The notes under the pieces: model-generated
Seen by the model: only the letters and a program-made list of their open reading frames with translations
Databases searched by the model: none
Told to the model about the DNA's origin: nothing
Source: Sedimentisphaerales bacterium
GTDB lineage: Bacteria > Planctomycetota > Phycisphaerae > Sedimentisphaerales > SM23-30
Strand: one strand, 5' to 3'
Length of the DNA: 64,000 nucleotides
Assembly: GCA_963666285.1 (NCBI GenBank)
Contig: OY762711.1
Shown: positions 51,874-61,126 of the stretch, one piece after another
How positions within the stretch are numbered: position 1 is the stretch's first letter
Layout of the letters: each line of letters opens with the position of its first letter
Position numbers and translations under genes: made by a program

Positions 51874-52272
51874 TTGAAACATACCAAATCTCTTAACATA
51901 ATAATTAAAAATCTTTTGAGCAAAACACGCTTCCACCAGGAGCTTGAGTGCACGTTTTATTTACTTAAAGCACACCAGGCTTCTAATTATATTGCCATGC
52001 ATTAAAAGTATTCTACGCCGTAAAAACTTTCAATTTGTTTTTTAGTCTAATAATAAACTAAGAACCACATCATATAATCTCAATGTTGCACAATAACTTT
52101 GTTTCATAGTAAACGAAAACAAACTGCCGGCACTTCCACGTATAGCGACATTTCTTTTTAAAGTTAAGTTCCGTTTCCTCTTTAACGAAAAGGGATAAAG
52201 AATATAAGAAAAGAGAAGATTCATTGCCAATGTATGCAATGTGTAATTAAACTTTTTTGTAGAGGAGAGAAC

Positions 52273-52851
52273 ATGGTTAATCTAAAAAGACTTTTAACAC
52301 TCGTTTTATGTATTACTCTTGTCACCGCCACAGCGTTATTAGCAGCTGAAAAGACAGAAGAAGAAAAATCTGCCCTGGCGAAAGAAAGTGAAAAAAGAGC
52401 AGAAGAAACAGCAAAAACCAAACCAACAGCAAAAATGATTATCGAGAAAGTAAATTCTGCATGCAAGCTTCTGGAGAAAGAAGGAGCAGAAGCATTTGAC
52501 AAATTCAAGGGAAAAGACAGCGAATACATATTTGCCGGAACGTATATCTGGCTGCACGATATGAAAGGTGTAATGAAAATGCATCCCATCAAATTCAAGA
52601 TGGAAGGAAAAGCATTGATAGGCCTGAAAGATAAGAATGGTAAACTCTTCTTTGCTGAAATGAATAAAGTTACACGAGAGAAAGGTGCCGGATGGGTAGA
52701 TTATATGTGGCCGAAACCAGGCGAAAAAGAACCAGCCCTAAAAGTATCATATGTAAAACTATGCAAGATGAAAGACGGCAGCGAAATAGTTGTCGGCTGC
52801 GGTGTCTACGATTTACCAAAAGAAGAAGTAGCAAAACTGCTTAGTAAATAA
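52273..52851 (+). CDS. Stand-alone periplasmic single-Cache sensor protein
   Basis: GAGGAG RBS before ATG 52273; signal peptide; MHPI...LKDKNGK...GWVDYMWPKPG...KVSYV. Confidence 0.88.
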   Translation: MVNLKRLLTLVLCITLVTATALLAAEKTEEEKSALAKESEKRAEETAKTKPTAKMIIEKVNSACKLLEKEGAEAFDKFKGKDSEYIFAGTYIWLHDMKGVMKMHPIKFKMEGKALIGLKDKNGKLFFAEMNKVTREKGAGWVDYMWPKPGEKEPALKVSYVKLCKMKDGSEIVVGCGVYDLPKEEVAKLLSK

Positions 52852-52910
52852 GTCATATTAAGATAAGACAATAACTAAAGTAGAGAGAAGATTATAAATT
52901 ATTTGGGAAC

Positions 52911-52945
52911 CAGACAGGCGAAGCGATAAACGATTTCGCCTGTCT
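52911..52945. other. Stable intergenic hairpin between the Cache and MCP genes
   Basis: AGACAGGCGAA...TTCGCCTGTCT inverted repeat without a T-run. Confidence 0.6.
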
Positions 52946-52978
52946 ATACAGCATTCATAATAGGAGAGAGGATTTTAG

Positions 52979-54715
52979 ATGAAGATGAATATCAGGCAAA
53001 AATTATTCTTATTTTTTGGATGGGCGGTTTGTGCAATACTTATTATTTGCATAATCGGTGCAATAAGTTACACAAGAATTGAAAAACGCCAGGAACTGAA
53101 AGCCAAACTGAATGCAACAGCGAAAAAAGTACAAGAGTGTCGTTTAATAGAAAAAAGTTATTTACAATATTTTTCTGATGAACAGAAAAAGCAATTCAGT
53201 TCAGTTGCTAATGAAATGACAACAATACTGGATGAACTGGAAAAACATAACGATAATGAAAATAATCTAGACAAAATAAGTGAGAAATATCGTCATCAAT
53301 TTGACCAGGTAGCTAAACTGCATGAGGAGCATGCTGAATTAAAGCTACAGATAGCACAACCGATGCAGAATGCCCTATCCAGTATGGATAAAATAAAATC
53401 TCTACTGGATGAAAGACAATACGAACTCCAAATAGAAGGAGAAGATCTGGGCCCGGAGGAGGTGCAACTAGCCACAATCTTACGCGATTGCAAAATAGCA
53501 TTCCTGGAACTAAAAAACCTGCAAACACAATTTCTGACAACAGGAGAAGTTTCCTATCTGGACAAATTCAAAGAAATATCAAATGGGAACGTGCAGGCAT
53601 TTATCATATCCTTAATGGAATTTTCCAGGGCACTCGAAAATAAAGACTATATTGCAAACTCTGAAATAGTAAATAAATCACTGGATAATTTCCTTGGGAT
53701 GATAAGTAAATCTTTAGAATACGGTCAAAAGGAAAATGAGGCAATTACTAACCTCGACCATGCCGGCAACGAAATAATTATAGAAACTGACAAATTCCTG
53801 ACAGCACAAGACGAACAGATAAAGTCGGAAAAATACCTGGCCTTGATGGTTGTCGTAATAGTCACAGGGATAAGTATCCTTGCATTTACAGGAATGTCAT
53901 TGCATATGATAAGATCAATCACTCATTCGATACAAGGTATAGTATCAGTGATAAAATCCGGAATAACCCAGATGGCAGAGTCTGCGACAGAAATAGCTAC
54001 CTCAAGCAGATCGTTATCAGAAGGGGCAACAGAGCAGGCGGCCTCACTGGAAGAAACTTCATCGACACTGGAAGAGATGTCATCCATGACAAAAAGCAAC
54101 GCGGTAAACGCCGGTGAAGCAGACAGCTTCATGGCAAGCACAAATGAGACAGTAAATACAACGAGTGTTTCAATGAACCACTTAATATCATCGATGCAAG
54201 ATATAAGCAAAGCAAGTGAAGAAACCGCTAATATCATCAAGGCAATTGACGAAATAGCGTTTCAGACCAATCTGCTGGCATTGAACGCAGCAGTTGAAGC
54301 AGCCCGAGCCGGAGAAGCCGGAAAAGGTTTTGCCGTGGTGGCAGAAGAAGTACGCAACCTGGCGATGAGATCGGCGGCAGCGGCAGATAATACATCCGCA
54401 TTGATAGAAACAACGTGCAATGAGATTAATAACGGAAGCAAACTGGTAACAGAGGCTAATACCGCATTTAACAATGTAGGGGAAAGTGCCGGAAAAGTTG
54501 GAGCTTTGTTAAGTGAAATAGCAGAAGCTTCCAAAGAACAATCGACCGGCATTAACCAGGTTAACGAAGCAATAACACGAATCGATCAGGTAACCCAACA
54601 ATTTGCAGCAGAATTATGTAATTTCACATGCACTTCAGATTCGATGAAGAACAAGGCCCAGGATATACGGACAGCAGTTGAAGACCTGGATGCATTAATT
54701 GGCGGCAAGAGATAA
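52979..54715 (+). CDS. Methyl-accepting chemotaxis protein
   Basis: Two TM helices, helical periplasmic domain and [37 protein letters not shown]. Confidence 0.96.
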   Translation: MKMNIRQKLFLFFGWAVCAILIICIIGAISYTRIEKRQELKAKLNATAKKVQECRLIEKSYLQYFSDEQKKQFSSVANEMTTILDELEKHNDNENNLDKISEKYRHQFDQVAKLHEEHAELKLQIAQPMQNALSSMDKIKSLLDERQYELQIEGEDLGPEEVQLATILRDCKIAFLELKNLQTQFLTTGEVSYLDKFKEISNGNVQAFIISLMEFSRALENKDYIANSEIVNKSLDNFLGMISKSLEYGQKENEAITNLDHAGNEIIIETDKFLTAQDEQIKSEKYLALMVVVIVTGISILAFTGMSLHMIRSITHSIQGIVSVIKSGITQMAESATEIATSSRSLSEGATEQAASLEETSSTLEEMSSMTKSNAVNAGEADSFMASTNETVNTTSVSMNHLISSMQDISKASEETANIIKAIDEIAFQTNLLALNAAVEAARAGEAGKGFAVVAEEVRNLAMRSAAAADNTSALIETTCNEINNGSKLVTEANTAFNNVGESAGKVGALLSEIAEASKEQSTGINQVNEAITRIDQVTQQFAAELCNFTCTSDSMKNKAQDIRTAVEDLDALIGGKR

Positions 54716-54737
54716 AAAATTGTCAGATATAAATATA

Positions 54738-54771
54738 ACAACTCATCCTGAATACCTTGGGATGAGTTGTA
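54738..54771. terminator. Hairpin between the convergent MCP and nagD genes (probable bidirectional terminator)
   Basis: ACAACTCATCC...GGATGAGTTGT inverted repeat. Confidence 0.65.
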
Positions 54772-54777
54772 GTTATA

Positions 54778-55560
54778 TCAGCAATTTCCGGGAATATCAC
54801 CAACACCACTGAGAATTATTGATGGCCGGTAAGGGAAATTCTTTATATCCTGCTCACTGGTAATTCCACTTAAAACGAGTATAGTGTGAATTTCTGACTC
54901 GATACCAGCGATAATATCAGTATCCATCCTGTCGCCAATAATAGCAGTATCTTCACGACAACACCCAAGCTTCTTAAGAGAATTACGCATGATCAGCGGA
55001 TTGGGTTTGCCGATAAAATACGCCTGCTTTCCGGTAGCAAATTCGATGGGAGCCATAAGGGATTTACATGCCGGAACAATACCTGATTCTGAGGGTCCGG
55101 TCAAGTCCGGGTTGGTGCCGATGAGCTTGGCCCCGGCAATAACTAACTGGATCGCCTTTTCGATTTTTTCATAATTGTATTCCCTGGTTTCACCAAGCAC
55201 AACATAGTCCGGATCTTTGTCAGTGATTACGCAACCATATTCCAGCAAAGCCTCGGTAAGCCCGTGTGCACCAATAGCATAAACCCTGGCCCCCGGAGTC
55301 TGCTGGCTAATAAATAAAGCAGTAGAAATCGCACTGGTCATAAAACATGATTCAGCAATATCAAGCCCCATATCAAGCAATTTCTGGCGCAGCTGCCGCG
55401 GCGAACGTTCAGAACTGTTAGTAAGAAAAAGAAATTCCTTTTGGGTTTCCCTGATCCAGCCGAGAAATTCCCTGGCACCATCAAGCAATCGACTGCCATG
55501 ATAAATGACACCGTCCATATCACAGATAAATGCTTTTTTATTACGTATTATGTCCAACAT
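54778..55560 (-). CDS. nagD: HAD-IIA family hydrolase (NagD-like)
   Basis: DMDGV, LTNSS, GKPNP and GDRMDTDI. Confidence 0.9.
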   Translation of the reverse strand: MLDIIRNKKAFICDMDGVIYHGSRLLDGAREFLGWIRETQKEFLFLTNSSERSPRQLRQKLLDMGLDIAESCFMTSAISTALFISQQTPGARVYAIGAHGLTEALLEYGCVITDKDPDYVVLGETREYNYEKIEKAIQLVIAGAKLIGTNPDLTGPSESGIVPACKSLMAPIEFATGKQAYFIGKPNPLIMRNSLKKLGCCREDTAIIGDRMDTDIIAGIESEIHTILVLSGITSEQDIKNFPYRPSIILSGVGDIPGNC

Positions 55561-55797
55561 ACCTTATCCTATACCTACTTTCGTTCGAAAATATATAATA
55601 CAACAGAAAGAGCAAAAAGCAAAAGCCAGCATAACCACTTACCAATGCGACACTTAACACAATTTACTCATACCGTAATATTTCATACTCACCTGCTATT
55701 ATACATCGGTATAACAAGCAGCAACTTTATACTTTTACCTTCAGATTTTAAATATTAAAGGAGTAATCTACAAGTTATTTTGAGAAGTAAAAATACA

Positions 55798-57414
55798 TTA
55801 CTTACCTCTAGAGGTCAAAAGGGAAAGTTCGTCTGCCTTGAGCAGCCGGGCAGAAATATAATAAACAGCAGCACAGCCAAAAGTCAAAATAGAAATCTGG
55901 CTGTATTTATCAAGAGATAGTGTATACTTTAATAATATCATACCAACAACTGCCATAATCCCCGAAGCTATACAAGATTTGATAATGCACGGCATAATAT
56001 GTCCGCCAATGTTTAACTCATACCTTTTAACCAAAATGAAGAGCAATATTACAGACTGCAAAACAGCAGAAATAGTTGTAGCAAGCCCAAGTCCACCTGT
56101 TGCCAACGGCCAGATAAGGATAATATTCAGTAAAAAGTTGAGAGCAATCATACGAACAGCAATTTTCATTGGGGTTATGCTATCTTTGAAAGAATAGTAA
56201 GCTCTGACCACAAGTTGCTGGAGACAATATGCGGTAATACCGAAAGAATAATACACAAGAGTTATTGCAGTATTAGCGGTATCTGTCTCTGTAAACTGGT
56301 TTCCTTCGAAAATAGCTCTAACCATAGTAGATGACACTATTATCAGGCCAATAGTAGCAGGAATACCAATAAAAAGGACAATCCTAATGCCATGGTTGAG
56401 CTGTTTGCCGAAACCTTTAATATCATTATTAACTACACAAGAACTAAGAAATGGGAAAATAGCAGTTGCCAATGCTATGCCAAATACGCCTAATGGGAAC
56501 TGGTAACATCTTTGAGCATAAAATAAATATGTAACCGAACCTTCAAAAACCGGATAAGCAATAGTTTTCCCAAACAATGTAAAAGATTCGCCGCTTTCCG
56601 GGGTAGCACGCAACAGATAAGCAATAACCGTATCCATAAGAGTATTAATCTGAACCGCGGCCAATCCAACGATCATTGGAAGCATTATCCTGAATATTTT
56701 TCTAAGCGGCTCTTCATTGAATATAAATCGAGGGAATAAAGATATGCCATGCTTACGTAAAGCCGGAACTTGTATGGCAAACTGAATAACACCAGCAACA
56801 AGTACCGCCCATGCCGCGGAGTAAATCTGATCCCATCGAATATCGTCGAACCTTCCGCTAAACTGAAATCTTTCGCTGAAAAATATAACCCCGGCAATAA
56901 TAACAATATTAAGAAAAACCGGAGCAGCAGCAGGAGCAAGAAAATGACGGTGGACTTGCAGCATACCACCAACCATAGCAACCGAGCAGATCAAAATCAT
57001 ATACGGAAGCATAATCGCGGCCAAAGAAAGCATAAGTAAGGTTTTATTAGTAAAATATTCCTGACCACCATATATAAGAGCAAAAATTAAACAAATGCCA
57101 ATAATTGTTATTATAGAAAGGAAAATAACCAACAAAGTAAAAACACTGCGGGCAAGCAACCTGGCTTTTGCGGGATCTTGTTTTAGCTGTTCAGTATAAA
57201 CCGGAATCAGAGCGGCTGTGAGAGCACCTTCGCCGAATAATCTGCGGGATAAATTAGGAATAAGAAATGGTATATAAAAATAATCCAGAATAGCGGCACC
57301 AAAATAGCGGCTCATTACAGCATCACGAACGAGGCCAAGAATGCGACTAAGCAAAGTTAGCAGCGAGATTAGCTTGGCGGCGGAAACAAAGGATTTAGAT
57401 TTCGTTTCAGACAT
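55798..57414 (-). CDS. murJ: Lipid II flippase MurJ (MviN)
   Basis: SRILGLVRD, PNLSRRLFGEGAL, QFPLGVFG and RAYYS. Confidence 0.95.
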   Translation of the reverse strand: MSETKSKSFVSAAKLISLLTLLSRILGLVRDAVMSRYFGAAILDYFYIPFLIPNLSRRLFGEGALTAALIPVYTEQLKQDPAKARLLARSVFTLLVIFLSIITIIGICLIFALIYGGQEYFTNKTLLMLSLAAIMLPYMILICSVAMVGGMLQVHRHFLAPAAAPVFLNIVIIAGVIFFSERFQFSGRFDDIRWDQIYSAAWAVLVAGVIQFAIQVPALRKHGISLFPRFIFNEEPLRKIFRIMLPMIVGLAAVQINTLMDTVIAYLLRATPESGESFTLFGKTIAYPVFEGSVTYLFYAQRCYQFPLGVFGIALATAIFPFLSSCVVNNDIKGFGKQLNHGIRIVLFIGIPATIGLIIVSSTMVRAIFEGNQFTETDTANTAITLVYYSFGITAYCLQQLVVRAYYSFKDSITPMKIAVRMIALNFLLNIILIWPLATGGLGLATTISAVLQSVILLFILVKRYELNIGGHIMPCIIKSCIASGIMAVVGMILLKYTLSLDKYSQISILTFGCAAVYYISARLLKADELSLLTSRGK

Positions 57415-57496
57415 AGAATATATAAATACAGCTTTCGCCGACATCCACAACAAAATATATTAGGGTGTTCGCTACTACTCACAAATACTGATAAAG

Positions 57497-59575
57497 TTAA
57501 TATACCATTTCGACGATTTTTTCGGATATCTGCTCTGGAACACGTGCATAGGAGTCTGTTTCCATGGTATAGCCCGCCCTGCCCTGTGTAGCACCGCGAA
57601 GCTCTGAAGCATAACCAAACATTTCCGCAAGAGGGACTTTGGCATGTATAATGCGAGTCTGGCCTCGCTGCTCAGTTTCATAAATTTCAGCTCGTTTGCG
57701 AGTAAGGTCACCTTGTACAGCGCCATAAAAAGATTCAGGAGTAGCAACTTCCAGCTTCATAATCGGTTCCATAAGAACAGGAGCAGCACGATCCATAGCA
57801 TCACGAAAAGCCATTGACGCTGCCTGCTGGAAAGCCGGCTCGCTAGAGTCAACTTCATGGAAAGATCCGTCAATAATAGCAACCTTAATATTGGAACAAG
57901 GAAAACCGGCAAGATTACCATTCATCGCGGCATCTTTGAGGCCTTCAAGTGCCGGAGTGATAAACTCCTTAGGAATAACACCACCAGTAGTTTTATCTTC
58001 AACAACAATCGTTTCACCACCAGCTTCCGGTTCGTAAGGTTCCATTGCAATTACAACATGGCCATACTGACCGCGTCCGCCGGTCTGATGAATAAATTTT
58101 CCTTCACCCTTGGCAGATTTGGTAATTGTTTCCTTATAAGCAACACGAGGTTTACCGATAAGTACATCAACTTTCATGTCGCGAGTAAGCTTGTGCTGAA
58201 TAATCTCAAGATGCAGCTCACCCATACCAGAGATTAAAGTCTGACCTGTATCTTCGTTATACTGAGCATGGAAAGATGGGTCCTCGCGTTTGAGAGTTTC
58301 CAGAGCCTGAGCAAGCTTGGCACGTTCACCGGCAGTCCTTGGCTCGATAGACTGACTTATAACAGCTTCGGGTGACTCAATAGAATCGAGAACAACAGGA
58401 GTCTTTGTACCGCAGATAGTATCACCGGTATATACATCCTTTAATCCAACTACAGCGACAATATCACCGGCAGATGTTTTATCAACGGCCTCACGAGCAT
58501 TAGCGTGCATATGGAAAATCTTCGTAAGGCTTTCTTTTTTGTTGCGGGTAGAATTCAGAACACGTTCGCTTGGTTTCAGTGTACCGGAATAAATTCGTAA
58601 AAAGGTCAAATCGCCATGGGAATCAGAGGCGATTTTGAAAGCTAAAGCTACAAGCGGGCCACCGGGATCACATTTAACCGAAATTGCATCAGAGCTGCCT
58701 TTTTTGCCGGCAGGATAACCTGTAACATCAGGCCTGTCCAATGGAGAAGGAAGGAAGCTGACTACAGCATCAAGCAACTTTCGGGAACCAATACTTTGAA
58801 GAGCAGAACCGCACAGCGTAGGCTGAATCTGATTGCTAAGCGTACCGGCCCTTAGCCCGGCAATAATATCTTCAGGAAATACTTCTTCCTCAGCCAGATA
58901 TTTTTCCATTAACTCTTCAGAAAAATCTGCTGCGGCTTCAATCATCTCGCCCCGAAGAAGAACAGCTTCATCAAGCATATCAGCGGGGATATCTATTTCA
59001 TTATATTTAGCGGCGACCTTATCAGGTTCAAAATGATAAGCTTTCATATCGAGAAGATCAACAAAACCAGAAAAATCATCAGAGGCCCCAATAGGAATCT
59101 GCAAAACAACAGGTTTGGCACCTAATCTTTCACGGAGAGAATCGACTGCCATCTCAAAATCAGCACCAAGTTTGTCCATTTTATTAATAAAACATATCCT
59201 GGGAACACCGTATTTTTCGGCTTGATGCCAGACTGTTTCAGATTGGGCCTGAACACCTTCACTGGCATCAAAAACAGCAACAGCACCATCAAGCACTCTT
59301 AGCGAACGCTCAACTTCGATGGTAAAGTCTACGTGTCCGGGAGTATCGATGAGGTTAATGGTATGACTTTTCCATGGGCAGCGTGTAGCGGCGGAGGTAA
59401 TGGTTATGCCACGCTCCTGCTCCTCCTGTAGATAGTCCATAACAGCAGTACCATCGTGAACTTCACCAATTTTATAGGTACGCCCGGTAAAATAGAGAAT
59501 ACGCTCGGTAACAGTGGTTTTACCAGCGTCGATATGTGCCATAATGCCAATATTTCTGAGTTTGCTCAGGTCCAT
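57497..59575 (-). CDS. fusA: Elongation factor G
   Basis: [23 protein letters not shown] and GMGELHL. Confidence 0.98.
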   Translation of the reverse strand: MDLSKLRNIGIMAHIDAGKTTVTERILYFTGRTYKIGEVHDGTAVMDYLQEEQERGITITSAATRCPWKSHTINLIDTPGHVDFTIEVERSLRVLDGAVAVFDASEGVQAQSETVWHQAEKYGVPRICFINKMDKLGADFEMAVDSLRERLGAKPVVLQIPIGASDDFSGFVDLLDMKAYHFEPDKVAAKYNEIDIPADMLDEAVLLRGEMIEAAADFSEELMEKYLAEEEVFPEDIIAGLRAGTLSNQIQPTLCGSALQSIGSRKLLDAVVSFLPSPLDRPDVTGYPAGKKGSSDAISVKCDPGGPLVALAFKIASDSHGDLTFLRIYSGTLKPSERVLNSTRNKKESLTKIFHMHANAREAVDKTSAGDIVAVVGLKDVYTGDTICGTKTPVVLDSIESPEAVISQSIEPRTAGERAKLAQALETLKREDPSFHAQYNEDTGQTLISGMGELHLEIIQHKLTRDMKVDVLIGKPRVAYKETITKSAKGEGKFIHQTGGRGQYGHVVIAMEPYEPEAGGETIVVEDKTTGGVIPKEFITPALEGLKDAAMNGNLAGFPCSNIKVAIIDGSFHEVDSSEPAFQQAASMAFRDAMDRAAPVLMEPIMKLEVATPESFYGAVQGDLTRKRAEIYETEQRGQTRIIHAKVPLAEMFGYASELRGATQGRAGYTMETDSYARVPEQISEKIVEMVY

Positions 59576-59628
59576 TTATGCCTCTGAAATGTTCTCAACT
59601 GAATACAATTAAGTTTTCGGTACTGTTT

Positions 59629-59829
59629 GTGCGGTTTCCGCACATTTGACTGTTCAACATTACACGCAAAGGCCGGAACAGGGCCTTGTGAATGAAAAAC
59701 TAAATATTTAAGTGTATTTTCGAGCTATTTCTCGAAAGTATATTTAATTCGAAGCGTTGCAGGAAGGCCCTTTTAGGCGATTTACCAGAGGCACTTCGTT
59801 ATTGCAACATAGAAACTGCGAAAGTAAAC
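59629..59829. repeat. Dispersed structured intergenic repeat, copy D (between rpsG and fusA)
   Basis: Near-identical to B and C, with an extra ACCAGAGGCAC segment shared with copy A; ACTGTT is duplicated at both flanks. Confidence 0.92.
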
Positions 59830-59874
59830 TGTTATAATATCGTAAATTATACAGAATTTGATTTAATAAACATT

Positions 59875-59919
59875 AAAAAAGCCGCTGCACATCTGATTTG
59901 GCAGATGTAACAACGGCTG
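59875..59919 (-). terminator. Probable intrinsic terminator directly after rpsG
   Basis: AGCCG..ACATCTG-loop-CAGATGT..CGGCT hairpin followed by T6 on the minus strand. Confidence 0.7.
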
Positions 59920-59939
59920 TTATAATTCTGGTAAGAAAA

Positions 59940-60413
59940 TTACCATGCAAAGTGAGCGAAAGCCTTGTTAGCTTCAGCCATACGATGCACATTTTCTCTA
60001 GTGGTCATAGCGTTACCTTCTCTACGGTATGCAGCAGATAATTCATCTGCCAGCCGCTGAGCCATGGGCTTACCTTTTTTATTACGAACAGCAGCAAGTA
60101 CCCAACGAAAAGCAAGAGATTGCTGACGTTTAGCCGGAACCGGCATTGGAACCTGGTAAGTAGAACCACCAACACGCTTAGAACGAACTTCGATCTGAGG
60201 TTTGATGTTATTGATAGCTGTTTCAAAAGCTTCAAGCTCGCTGACATCCTTAACTCTCTGACCCATGATATCAAGGGCATCATAAACAACCTTCTGAGCG
60301 ATGGTCTTTTTGCCATCAAGCATAAGGTAATTGACAAACTTTGATACCAGGATACTGTTGAATTTAGGATCCGGTCTCAACTGCTTCTGTGATGCAGTGA
60401 ATTTCTTCGGCAT
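59940..60413 (-). CDS. rpsG: 30S ribosomal protein S7
   Basis: [15 protein letters not shown] and [13 protein letters not shown]. Confidence 0.99.
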   Translation of the reverse strand: MPKKFTASQKQLRPDPKFNSILVSKFVNYLMLDGKKTIAQKVVYDALDIMGQRVKDVSELEAFETAINNIKPQIEVRSKRVGGSTYQVPMPVPAKRQQSLAFRWVLAAVRNKKGKPMAQRLADELSAAYRREGNAMTTRENVHRMAEANKAFAHFAW

Positions 60414-60436
60414 TTTAGCTTATAACCTCCGTTATA

Positions 60437-60498
60437 GTGCCATTGCACTTTTAACTGTTAAACGCTTTACGCAAAGCCATTTAAGGCGAATAATGCAA
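60437..60498. repeat. Minimal 62-bp member (copy E) of the dispersed repeat family, between rpsL and rpsG
   Basis: GTGCcattGCACTTTTAACTGTTAAACGCTTTACGCAAAGCCATTTAAGGCGAATAATGCAA keeps both conserved ends and lacks the central arm. Confidence 0.7.
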
Positions 60499-60541
60499 AT
60501 TTAATAACAAAATTTATATATAACGAATATATTTAAGTAAT

Positions 60542-60913
60542 CTATTTAGGTCTCTTGGCACCGTATCTACTACGGCTTTGTTTACGTCCGTCAACACCAA
60601 GAGTATCAAGGCTACCGCGTACAACGTGGTAACGTACACCAGGCAAGTCACGAACACGACCACCACGAACAAGAACAATACTATGTTCCTGCAGGTTATG
60701 ATCTTCGCCAGGAATGTAAGCGGTAACTTCCTTACCGTTACTAAGTCTTACCCTCGCAACCTTACGCAAAGCCGAGTTAGGCTTTTTAGGTGTCTGAGTC
60801 TTAACCTGAAGACAAACGCCCCTACGCGCTGAACAACAATCCAGGTCAGGAGACTTGGTTTTCTTCTTTGGGATTTTACGACCTTTTCTAATTAGCTGAT
60901 TAATGGTCGGCAT
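60542..60913 (-). CDS. rpsL: 30S ribosomal protein S12
   Basis: [18 protein letters not shown] and [10 protein letters not shown]. Confidence 0.99.
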   Translation of the reverse strand: MPTINQLIRKGRKIPKKKTKSPDLDCCSARRGVCLQVKTQTPKKPNSALRKVARVRLSNGKEVTAYIPGEDHNLQEHSIVLVRGGRVRDLPGVRYHVVRGSLDTLGVDGRKQSRSRYGAKRPK

Positions 60914-61126
60914 TTATTTCTCCAAAATATAAGTCACTGTTCAATAAGCAGTTATTATAATTAACACTATATAATACTATACTTCACTTGCAATAGTGAG
61001 TCGCAAATTATAAACAAAAAATTCATGGCTGTCAACAATATTTTATCAACAGCAAGGCAAAAAATATCAAACTTTAATCTTAGCTCTGTAACCTGTCCGA
61101 TAATAACAACTTAGCTAAGTGCTAAA

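Noticed and set aside
39253..57414. murD and murJ in a planctomycete as a novelty
   Set aside because: Peptidoglycan synthesis in Planctomycetes is already established.
8694..60498. Repeat family as integron attC sites or a CRISPR array
   Set aside because: The copies are dispersed among housekeeping genes, there is no matching RYYYAAC/GTTRRRY pair, no repeat-spacer periodicity, and no integrase or cas gene.
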